Source: Balanoglossus misakiensis (lineage: Eukaryota > Animalia > Hemichordata). From it: a stretch of 64,000 nucleotides of DNA. The stretch is taken from positions 1,603,910-1,667,909 of the forward strand of contig CM082589.2 of NCBI GenBank assembly GCA_040954595.2, given 5' to 3'. Position 1 is the first letter of the stretch. The number at the start of each line of letters is the position of its first letter. A model generated the notes under the pieces. It saw nothing but the letters and a program-made list of their open reading frames with translations. It had not been told where the DNA came from and did not search any database. Below, one piece after another: positions 24,985 through 39,941 of this stretch. The position numbers were made by a program, and so were the translations under genes.

Positions 24985-27900
24985 ATCATAACACAGTATT
25001 GACAAATCGATCCTTTTGAATAGTGACAATGAAAAACGGAAGTAGAAATAATATTGTAAAATGAAAAATTTCCTTTCCCACAAATGCGTACTTCACAAAT
25101 TTATTTAATTGATTAATTGCAAACGATCAAAATGTGCAACTTGTACGCTGCAAGGCTTCCTAGAAAAAATCAATTTTCCATGTGTGCAGAAGAATTCATC
25201 TTAATCTCGCTACTCGGTGAAAAATCAATCTTTGATTAAAATTAACGGGTTCTTCCGAGGATATTGTTCGCAATATCATTCAACATCCCAACAGCTTCGA
25301 TTGAGTCGGAAATTCTGCTTACCTTTCAGTCTGTACTCCGTGACCGTCCTTCCACCGATCCAGCAATTGTACGTGGCCGAGTCGGCCATGACAAGTCCCC
25401 GGATGTGCAGTGCATTCATGACATCGATTCGTACTCTGTCGCCATTTCGGTGCAACTCTGACGATTTCAGTGTTTTGGTGCCGTTCATCCACGTGACCGG
25501 TGTTGTCATGGAGCTCCTGTTGTTGACAGTACAGAAGATGGATTATTTGTACATATTTGCATTGTTTATATCACGAAGGGTCTTTACAAGCTGGGTCAAA
25601 GCAATCGACTGACACATCCATCATGTTCATTGTCATTCACGTATAATTGACTAAGATACCGCTATGTGTAAAAACGAGGCAATGATTTCATTCAAACACT
25701 AATGGAACTGATAACAATTTTTGTATATCAGATTGGATGTTTTCCGTCCATGAATAGCGAAATATTCAATGTATCATGGAAGTATTGAATTCAAAAGCAC
25801 ATGTGACAGGTTACCGTGTCCTTATTAAGGCCTTCACGCGTTGAGATGGCGCGGTTGCCATGGCAAATAACCACACTTACCCAGGACATTGAAACCGCAC
25901 ATTCTCGCCAATAACTCGCCTGATATTTTTCGTCTGTAGTTTACCTGAAAGAAACAAGTGGAAACAATATTAATATGGGAAAATCGTAATTTAATGCAGA
26001 GCTTATTTCGTTGGGATAAATCCGAGATAGGGTGTTTGTGTGTTCTACCTTTATGATTGATGCCCTTCGCTCCTTCAGAGATCTTTTCCTCAGGATCTGA
26101 AAAAAAAAGATGAATATAAAATATTTTGCGAACTAAGGGATGGCTACAGAATGCAATATTTAATACAAACGTGGTTATATTACCATGGAAACCATTACCT
26201 GTATTGTCGCAAGATTCATTGCAAACATCAATCATCTTCTCGTCTTTCCGATTGGCGAAAAGTTGTCGATGATGATCGGACAGTTTCGGAGAAGAGCACG
26301 GAAGACCATGTGCAAATTCGTCGAGTGAGACCTCAGCAAAGCAATAACCTGAGAAAATAATCACAAGGAAAACTTCAGACTATAAGCGTTTGAAATAACA
26401 GATTTTCAGATAGTCCTCCAAAGTTTCTAAATCACTGTACCTACCCATTCGAACCCTTTCTCCCTCCTCGCCACATCTACTGCAATCGCTCCATTCACTC
26501 CACTTGGTGTACAAACGCACGCCCTCTCGAGTTTCGTCGGGGAACGGTGTTTCAGGTTCAGTCAGGAAAATTTCATGCACATCTTCCTCGTGTTTCATTT
26601 CAACGTTGTACATTCCGTAAATTCTATAAAAAAAATTGTTATTCATGGAATATGTTAAAAGTTATCGTCAACATTGCTGCATTTCTACGATACAAACGAA
26701 GTCCGATAAAATCAAAATGGACACTCACTTGCCGTCTTTAATGGCTTTACATCGATATATCCCAGCATCCTCTGGTGTAGACTTCCTAATTAGCATAGAC
26801 ATGGTCCCCGTCAGAATGATGCGGTTGTCTTCTTCGTCGTCATGGTAGTCAAACGCGACTTCAATTTCGCGCGATCCAACGTCATCAATGATTTCCTTGA
26901 ACCAGTGGATGTGTTCGCTAGAGTCGGAACTTTAATAAAACAGAGACTGAAATTATAGATTTTTCACACAAAATTAGCATTTTGCTGCTAAAGTAATATT
27001 TTAAACAGCTGAACTCTTTGTGACGCAAAGACTTACCATGGGTCACATGGCATGTGTATGTCTTGTCTGTGGTGGGATACTAGCGCTATGACGTAATTTT
27101 CTTTCGTGCAATACGCTGCCGTATTTCTTTTGCGATCTTCTTGTGCGTTGTTGCTAAGCAACCGACGGAGCAGCACTGGGGAGTCAAGACCAGCATCTCT
27201 CGTTTCTCTGGCACGAACTTTTTCTACTTCCGGAACGATGACATCATCATCTTCGTCACCAGTGATCCCAATCGTTTCCCAGCCGTCAATAACGTCATCT
27301 ACCGTGTCGTCATCACCGATGACGTCAGCTAGACTGAGCATTTCCTTCATTTCCAGATTTTCTGAGGGACTGTCATCAGTGATTGCGATTTTCGCATCGT
27401 CTGACAAGATGGATGCCTCTAGCGATGACGTCATTTTTCGGTAAATGTCGTCATAGTCACCAATCTCATCAACGGTGTCATTTGCTTTTTGATTCTCCAT
27501 GTCAAGTTTGGTTCTTTCAGCCCTTTTCTCACTGTCTTGGTCGAGTGACTTGTCCAGTTCGTTTTTGGAACAGTTACTTTTTCCTTCTTTCTGGTCGACA
27601 CAAATATGGACGGTGTATTTCACGTGGTATTCTTTCTCTTTTTGCACAAAATCTTCGGGCACCGCGACAAGACCGCTATCGCTGTGGTTTATTCGTTTAT
27701 CTCCATACTGCACCAGCAACTGACTCTGCATCGGGACCCTCGGAGTTTCTTCTTCGTTACCCGGCAACTCATTTCCACCGACCTCGGGCTTTCGTCGACT
27801 TTCTGACGGTTCTGTCGTTTCAGTTGGCGTTATGACGTCGCTTTTGTCAGAAGATTTTGCATGTAAAGAGTCTTCAGATGTTGCATTTTTCGACTCGGGT

Positions 27901-28739
27901 TTTTCAGAGGTGACTGTAACATTCATTTTTTCATCTTCGATGCTCAGTTCCCGGATGTCATCGTCATCTTCTTCGATGGGTATGCTGCTGTTTGAATCTT
28001 TCACTAAAAGAGTATCATCGTCGGTCGACTCGGTTTTGTTTTCAGACAGATTTTTGATGGTCAAGTTCAAGTTCATTGCATGAAGGAGGTCAGATTCGTC
28101 ATCTTCACCATCATCAACACTTCGGATGACTCTGTTTGACGCCACGTTTTCATCAGCGCCGCCCATGTATAGAGTGTCGTCACCAAGAATGGCCGCCAAC
28201 AGACGAGATAGCAACTTTCTTTCAGTCAGCGCCGAAGTTAACCGACTACTCAGGATGTCAGCATGGTTCGAAACATCGGATTGGTTGACTTTCAAATCCG
28301 GGATGCGAAATTCAACATGATTGGACAAGTTGCTCTCTCCGCTACCGACGTCACTGGTAACATTATCCACGAAACTGTCGACCAAGTCAGATATGTCGTT
28401 TGCGAACAAGAAACTCTTCTTCGGTGCGACATCTTGCATGCGAAAATTTCCGAAGAAACTTGATAAAGCGTCGTTTAGTGCCAATCGTTCGTACTCAGCG
28501 ATTCCATCCCTAATTCGATTCTTCAGATGGCTATTTCCATGGAAATCACACTTTGCTATTAAGAAACAGAATACAAACTATGTTGAATTTTATGCCAAAA
28601 ATAAAGGGTGATTAGAAATCGTTATTTATGGCAGTGTCAATACAATCTTCGCGACATTGCCAGTTCGAAATGTGTACTTACCACAAGACGTCGTAAATAC
28701 TACGATTGCCAAGACAATGTGCAGAAATCCCTTAGTCAT
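24513..28739 (-). CDS. FAM187A: FAM187A-like Ig-domain type I membrane protein with long acidic N-terminal extension (~846 aa, 10 exons)
   Basis: Exons 28739-28682, 28555-27037, 26929-26729, 26623-26445, 26348-26199, 26096-26049, 25944-25881, 25516-25323, 24901-24878, 24616-24513 (2541 nt, in frame). Signal MTKGFLHIVLAIVVFTTSC; Ig (MPC..HWFK..PEDAGIYRC); WSEWSDCSRCGEEGERVRMGYC and GLPCSS..VCNESC block as recalled for FAM187; second Ig (FQCPG..VTW..LHIRGLVMADSATYNCW); TM followed by RHRYARKH. Confidence 0.8.
24903..24982. repeat. (GAGT)n(GA)n microsatellite forming the polypyrimidine tract of a minus-strand 24-nt exon
   Basis: Visible repeat; on the minus strand it reads (CT)n(CACT)n cag directly before exon 24901-24878. 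Confidence 0.9.
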
Positions 28740-29299
28740 ATTGTGCTATTTTTGACCAGGTGGTAATCGGGATTTTTGTTGATTTTGTCTTAGGATTTCA
28801 TTTTTACCAACGTGTGAACTTCATTGCATACAGAAATCGAACACATCGATCTAGACCGGGTTCGATCGATCGTATGAGCGACGCTCGCGCGAACGTAATT
28901 ACACCGGGCGCATCGAATGCCATGTGATATAACGCGAACACCTTGACGAGATGAAACTTGCTCTCCATATTACGAAAAAATAACACTGCATCATTAGACA
29001 AATAATAAATCACCACAAGATAAAATGGAGATGCGAGATACAGTAATACCGACCACTTTAGTTGGAGACCTTTCGTTTCTGAAATACTTGTATTATTATA
29101 ATACCTTTATTTTTACCTGGCTCGAGGTTCGAAAGGGCGGACGCGCGTTTCTGCCGAATCGTTCGAATATTGCCTTTTTCGAACGTTTTGAGCAACGGTT
29201 CGTACGTAGTGTCGGAGACGGTGTTGATGCGAGTAAATGCGACAAATCTTGCTGAATCTACGGCTGACAAAATGATTTTCACAATCATTTTGTTTAAGT

Positions 29300-30540
29300 A
29301 TGTTGACGTTGTTACGTAGCTCTCTGGTTGGATTTTGTTGCATAGTAATTCTCAGCATGACGACAAAATTAGTATTCGGTCAAGGTAAGAACCTCACACG
29401 AAAACTTATGCGTGTTCACTAATCTTGAAATTAAGTTTACGAAACGACAATAAAACAGTTTGTTTCATGGTGCTAAAATCCCACCATTAACATGACTGGG
29501 CGCAAACCAAAGTTGAAAAACATACCATACTTCTGGCTTTCTCCCTAACTGTGAATTGATTTGCCATACTTATTTTCAGGAAAGACATTTCAAGAAAAAC
29601 TGACCTATCGCGCAGGTGAGATGTTATCCGTGCCGTGCAAAGCAGAGCTGCTCTTAATGTATCAACCTAGTGCAGTCGTTGGGTAAGTACGGATACGATA
29701 AGAAACATGGCAGAAGTAATCTGTGTAGAAGCTTTAGCTATAGCCTAAACACAATTTATCATCAGTAAAATACTTAAAGGAATATTTGGTAATATTTTAA
29801 TCTGAAAATAAATCTGCTTCTAATTGGATGTTTATTCTTTTCTCTAATTTGTCGATCTTCTACAGGTGGTACAAAAATGGACGTTTCATAGAAATCATGC
29901 CAAACAAAATTGACATAGATGAAACATTTACGTTAAACATGATGTCGATAACGTCGAATGACGCAGCAGTATACACTTGTCAGCTGACCTACTGGGACAC
30001 GACTGTAGTGACCAATGAAGTAGCTATCCTATCAGATTCGAAGAAATCTCAAGGTAAACTCCACTACTTGCTTGTCGAAAGTCTGGTTCGAAAATGAATT
30101 TGCAAGCAAACTTTAGAAAAAAAGCTTTGTTGGCGAATGATAGCCTAAACAGAAATGTCTGATTTCTAACTTTAGGTCCATGGATAGTACAACATAACGG
30201 AGCCACCGGAGCCAATAATTTGTGGATAGTATCGTCGATAGGGTGTGTAGTTATTTTGCTATCGTGGATGATAGCTGCCTGGATGATACGCAGAAAAACG
30301 TGAGTATGCTGATATAATACAGATGTAGTTTTAAATGAAACACGGATGCAATGTATGTAGGCCCCTAATAGTGTAAATTTGGACGATACGCAAGATATCG
30401 ATACCACTCTATTATTTGGTGAAAGATTTCGTTGTGTTTAATTTTGTTGTAGGCATGGACATAGTGGTTACCAGTCACTTGATACAGATGAAAGCGATGA
30501 AAGTGAAGAAGACGAAGATGAAGACAGCGATGACGACTGA
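29300..30540 (+). CDS. Single Ig-domain type I membrane protein with acidic cytoplasmic tail (~195 aa, 5 exons)
   Basis: Exons 29300-29384, 29580-29682, 29866-30053, 30176-30299, 30453-30540 in frame. Signal MLTLLRSSLVGFCCIVILSMTTKLVFG; Ig (LSVPC...GWYKNG...SNDAAVYTCQ); TM LWIVSSIGCVVILLSWMIAAWMI-RRK; tail HGHSGYQSLDTDESDESEEDEDEDSDDD. Confidence 0.8.
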
Positions 30541-31018
30541 ACAATTCTGAATGGAAAACTTTGATTTGCTGGAAGAGAAGACATCGATGTCTGCGACTTT
30601 TTAGGCCTAAGTCAGTAGACTACAGTCTGGGCGAAGACGAATGAAAAATTAATGACATTTAATCCTGTGCTTTAATGAGAGTTTTCTTACGTGTTTTGCT
30701 TAGATATCAATTTATAATGATTTATGTTTATTGTCTTTTTTAATAAAAGAAATACATTATGTGTATTTGTGCCTCTGGGTTGTGTTTTGAGAAAATGGCA
30801 CCTAGGCCTATAGCTTGTAAGTCAACAAATGTGTGCATTAGACCAGTGGTCTTGATGTGGATGAACTGTCTACTTTAAGACAACTGCAATACAAAATTCT
30901 TTTTTAAGGTTGTTGCATCGGAGTTTGATCTGCCAGTGAAGTTCTAGGCCCATGCGTCTCATCGGTAATCCATTGGTAACGTTAGCTGTAGACGCCCTCA
31001 TCGGACAAACATTAAAAC

Positions 31019-31029
31019 AAGATGGCGGC
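31019..31029 (+). promoter_or_regulatory. YY1-type motif AAGATGGCGGC in the MAPK15 5' region
   Basis: Exact match to the YY1 consensus ~330 bp upstream of the MAPK15 ATG; motif only, no functional data. Confidence 0.45.
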
Positions 31030-31356
31030 CTCCTGTATTTCGGGATGGATTACATTTCTTTTGAAAGAAGATTCTTCCGCGTAACAATACAGCTTAATAA
31101 ACTGCGTTAATTTGTGTCATTTTACGTGCATCAATGTCATAAGATTAAAAAAAGGTAAAAATGCCTCGTCTATAAGCCCAAACACCTCGAACATGTCTTA
31201 TTTCCGTTAAAAAAATATGACCTACTTTTTGCGGATTTAGAAAATGTAATATGTAAACAATTCGGGGAAATACCTCAGGTCAGAAAGGGGAATCCTCATA
31301 GTAAACAGTGTTGTCATATTGGTCTAGCTGGTAAAAAGGGAGATATTGAATGTAAG

Positions 31357-34638
<3,282 letters not shown>

Positions 34639-36988
34639 AATTTGGTGACTACATGTAGTCGGGGATATGGGTTCCCTAGTTGCTGAAACTTAAATTCTTT
34701 CCAGATGTATTATCAACTATATTGTGCTTTATATATATACAATGTACAATTTGTCAAGTTTCATGAAGGAAGACTTGACTACTGTAAATTTTCTATTGCA
34801 ATGATTTAATTATGTCGCATGCCTGCAAATGCAACTTATATGCCAGTGTGATGAGGTGGTGGCATGTCCTCATGTTGTCAGTATGTAAAAATAAAACTTC
34901 CAAACTACACCTGTGTACACGACTGGTTGATTGATAAACACATGCACAGATAGTATAGGTGTACATGTTGTCCTTACAGTAGTCCATCTTACAGACCTGA
35001 CAGTGTTAGAACCAGGAAAAAAATGACCAGAAAACATACTTATCTGCTTAATATTACAAATGAGGAAACGTTACTCTCATTTATCATGATTTAGTTTCGT
35101 TTATTGAAAATAAAATGGAGTACTCATTGATACAAGGTTAAATGGATGGACAGACAATAACAATATCAAACTGTGGATAAAGTTTGTACAAGACAAACAA
35201 AAATAAAATAAGTTGAGCCAGTAAAGTAGGATATTACTCTATCTTCCTTTGAGTATAAATCCTTTGGGCATACTTATAGTTTACACAGTTTACATTTCAA
35301 TCAGCGTTCCTTTTGGAAAGGAAAATAATAACACTACTCTAAGCGATACAATACCGGTAATATTATTTGAAATTTACGTCTTTCCTTGTATGTCTAATGT
35401 AAGATGCTATAACCTTACATTTCTACAGCCATATAATGTCAAAAATGTACAAATAATTGCAGTAACCTTTTTTGAAAAGGTTCGAATAACAATATATATT
35501 CATTTTTTTTTTCATTTATAGTAGTCTCTTTCCTCCCATAATGCTGTGGATTTTACACTAAGATTTCAAAAATTTACAAATAAAACCAGAATCTGCATTT
35601 ATTTTTAAAATAGATATGTAACATCTGTTGCAATAGGTTTCTTTCTTTTTAAAAGTTACTCAAGTTTGGTCCAAGCAAAGGAATTTGTTAGAAGTGTACA
35701 CACACAACATACACTGTTTCTGAACAGATTTTGCGATCTGTAGATCATGTTCCAATCTGTTAATTTGTCTCTGGTTGCCAATGAACTACTTGAGCTTGAT
35801 GACAGCCATCACACTGGCAGTCCAGATTTGACTACCTATATTCCTGTTAATGTTCTACTCAAACACTGAAAATAACATGGACTAACTAACCTACAACGCT
35901 GTCAATAACCCCTCTTCGCGGTTCAAAAGTCCAATTCCAAAACCGAAACTGAAGTCCACTAAAACACACAGACAAAAGAACAATATTCAAGTGTGACAAA
36001 GTTAACAAATACTACATTTTTCTGACGATAAAAGAGGTTTGTTCTGAGTGGAAATGTGGGTCAATTAAACAGTCTGTTTTTCCTAACGGCCAAAGCCATC
36101 GAGTTTCTTTCAATTTTATATAAAACTGCAAAAATATGCTCTTGTAATATATATCCGTACAAAGTTTTACAAAATATGATTAGGACAAACTTGGGGATTA
36201 CAGACGCCATCAAATTTTCAAGACATATGCCAACTATGCTCTGTTAGGAAGTACCTTTTTATATAATTTGGGTTAAAGGCAATGTCAAAGCTCTATCTAG
36301 TCTCTCTTTAAGTACCTGTAAACACTCTAAGTACATTGATGCTACGATAGAGAATGTGTAATTTTTGAGTTTCTATACTGGTGTTGGTTTGATCAGTTTG
36401 GGTGGGATCTGTAACATTGGAGACTTCTGAGACAATTGGCCAAACATTTTTTAGACATCACTCAACTCAGACATCGGAACATCGGTTTACATTTCAAGGG
36501 CCACTATCTGCAACATTTGTTTCAGTATTTGTGTTTTGCGAACCAACAACAATTTTGTTCTCCTCCATATAGTATCACATCTTCTATTCTGCTCATGTCA
36601 GTATGCACACACAGCTTGTAGAAACAGCACAAAACACCAGCGTTCAGCTTCTCATGGTTAAAAAAACGAACATAATTTGCATATTCCACGCGATCCAATG
36701 ACACCTACCATATGTGTAAGATTTTTACACAATTTTGCTGACAATCAGAGTAAACTGGGTATTTGTATATATAATACAATAGAGCAGCCCAGATCTGTTG
36801 TGATACCTGGGTTCCCCATCATCTTCCTATCCTCTTCATTTCATCTTTAGTATTGGAAATAAAATGATGAGATGCTTTGTGATGGAAAGGGTACAAGCCC
36901 TTGTTTGGTTTCATCACTGCGCCACTTCCAGATTAAATTTCCTTTATACATCTTGTACATATAGTATCTCTGTGCTTGGCTAATAGTG

Positions 36989-38711
36989 TCATGTTCCGTC
37001 TATGAACGGAGCCATGATTTCGTCCATTGTGCCAGGACCCCAGTGTGTTAGCTTATCCTGAAACAGAGGAAAGAAGTCATTGTCAATGTCACAGTCCCCT
37101 GCATCATTACCAATCAATTATATATGCAAATGTATCACTCCTCAGAGTGACATTTTGGGAAAACAATATCTGCATATTTACCTGTGGCTGATATAGGCAA
37201 ACACTTGATAACTTAAATATAAGAACTCTTCTCTTTGGGGTCTGTATAAAAAAACAAAACATACATATATCATATACAAGACATCAAATTGACACAGCGA
37301 ATGGGAAAGACTAAAGGCAAAGAATCACTGGAGACGTGAACGTAAACAGCAGCAACTTACCTGTAAAAATTGTCTATCAACAAAGAGAAACGTGGACTGT
37401 GAAGGATTGTTTATGATGAGACCAGTTTTGTCTTTCCGACTGACAAGTCGCATAAGCTGCTTCTCATAGTCTTCTGTCAGAAACTCAAATTTGGCCTGTG
37501 AAGAAAAAAGTATTTTCATCAATAATGCTAATTACATGTATTTAATAATAGATCAGCCAGCAGAAACATTGTGGGTGGCTTAACCAACTCAACATGATTT
37601 TTGCTTGTACATAAGTTTCTTCAGGAGTGGTTTTTACAGCTCGTACAATCTCTGAGAAACTACCTGGTCTTTACACTTTACACATGAAAAGCCAAAAATC
37701 GAAAGCACCAAGTACCTGTAATGGCTTGAATGTGTCCTCTTCTCCTTTCCAACGTGAAAACAGGAGACACTCCATCTTTTCTAAATCATTCCTCGGCCAC
37801 AAAAAGAAATCCATTTCTTGAGTACATCCTATGACATCCTGTGTGAGAATGTTGATAATATGAGTGTACAGTATATGTAAACCTCTTTTTTCTTTTTTGT
37901 GTTGATTACAATCAACAATAAAAAAGACATGAAATTCGTGTGATCAGTCCACATACTGACTTTCATTGAAGCAACAAAAACCTTACCTTTCTCATAGGTT
38001 GATACCTAGGTGCATGCAACTGTACAAAATCTTTCTGCAGTAATTCTTTGGAACTTTCTAATGAATAGGCTTCCTCCTGAAACATAAACAAATATCAAGA
38101 TGTATTCAGACATAATTTTACAACTTCATAACAGAACAACATCTCACATCTTCTAAAACATTATTCATTGCTGTGTCCGTGTTGGTATCAGAACTACAGT
38201 ATATGATCCTATTGAAATAATTTAAGAAATCTGTAAATTTCAAACTTACCCTCACCCCTTTCAGTATACTGTCTTCATAGTTATTGGTCATTACAGGTAC
38301 AACCTCAGCTGCTTCAAAAACAGCTGGCCTCTTTTTCTGTGGAGTTAATATGAAATAAACAAATACGGTGTGACCTCAGATGACCTGATAAACATTATAC
38401 ATGTCTTGACTCTGTGAACTGGTACCAACTCCATATGGTGCATTTCTCATGAATATATAACAATGTACTGCAGTATCTCGTGTAAGTGGTTTTCCGCATT
38501 ATCACACATGCGACATCAATGATCATATTCAACTGGGGCTGAATGTAACAATGCAATAATAAATATATCTCTTTCGTCTTACCTGATCTTTGAACGTAAA
38601 AACTATGAACATCTTAAATTCGAATTGATCGGCTAACGCCTCCCTTTTCTTTCTCAGTTGGTCCCGAAGTCTTGATAACTGCGTCTTTCTCCTTGTATTT
38701 GGGTCTCCCAT
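36989..38711 (-). CDS. C6orf62: C6orf62 (XTP12) homolog, multi-exon
   Basis: [34 protein letters not shown].., [56 protein letters not shown] are colinear with the recalled human C6orf62; stop at 36989-36991. Confidence 0.92.
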
Positions 38712-38759
38712 GCTGAAGAAAATCCGCTAATATCTTCGATCACAATACAACCCAGGTGA

Positions 38760-39090
38760 CAGACGAAACGTACAACACTTAACACTTCCGCCTTATTTCC
38801 TCGTTGGGATTATTCGAGCGACGTGGACTGCGATCTCCAGTTGTGGAAAATGTTCGAAGTAAGTTTTCCATACCTTGCTTTGCGACAAACGCGTCGCCCA
38901 AAAATTTTTGAAAACAGGGTCAAACACGAACTTAAACACTACAAAACAGGTCAAAACCTGAAAGTTCACAACACGAGAGGAAAACCTAAAATGGCGGACC
39001 AGTGATGTCATGGGTCAGCTGTGCGCATCCTCAGTTAATTCTCCGACGGTTACCGACCATTCCCGGAAGTTGACGAACAGGTAATTGACA
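38760..39090. promoter_or_regulatory. Probable bidirectional CpG-rich promoter for C6orf62 (-) and the TRP channel gene (+)
   Basis: ETS cores ACTTCCG (38784) and CCGGAAGT (39063), YY1-like AAAATGGCGG (38988), and a candidate non-coding exon donor cag|gtaatt at 39081 that could splice to ~39927, just before ATG 39942. Confidence 0.55.
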
Positions 39091-39941
39091 ATTTTTACTA
39101 ATCTGGCGTTGAAACGTGTTAATTCGAGTGAATTTCAGCCTTATTGGTTATAATAATAATGCTATAAACTATAAATTGTGCAAACTAATTTTAAAAAGCA
39201 TAATATGATTGTTTTACTCATTTATTTACGTCTGTATGGCAACAATGCAAATGAGCCTAGTTTTATTTGCATGATAATAGGCAATCAACACTGTAGAAAA
39301 GGACAAGTCGGTGATCGTGAGAGTAGATCTTTCAACAACCTGCGATATCAGTCAGATATGAACGGTGTACGTGCTTGATTATTCGCCAAAGGCATCCTGC
39401 TGGTATGTAAGTGATAATCCTGAAAGGCATATGCGTGTAAAAATCGCCTAGTGATTTCGATCGTGCATGTTTACGTTGGTGACCATGTACATACATATGT
39501 GTAGCAAACTTGAGCGAGACACTCTGATTAACGATTAACATGATCGATACGGCCTGGCAAGGGTTGTTTGGCGATTTTATCAAACATACTACTATATAGT
39601 TGGATCAGATTCAAATTTCACACCTATTACCACACGACCGTCTAAAAGCTATCGAACGATCGTCTTTGGCGACGTTTTTAAGGCAGCTAGCTGCTGTCTT
39701 ATTGATGGTGTTGGTTTTGGTTTGGGGCCACATCGAATTTAATAATTGTTTCGGAATCGCTTAATCTACTTTTTAAAAATGAAAATCCTGCAATGCATTT
39801 TCGATGAAGAAAAATGTCGACCCTTGAAAAATCAAGGGAATTTCCTGCGAATATAATTCTGGACGTAAAGTCAGCCAATTTCACACCAAAATTTATAGCA
39901 CAAAATTGTCATTTTTTCTGCCATAGTAAGGGACATCAAGA

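Noticed and set aside
27106-28611. Plus-strand Ser-rich ORFs
   Set aside because: Antisense shadows of the acidic FAM187A-like exon.
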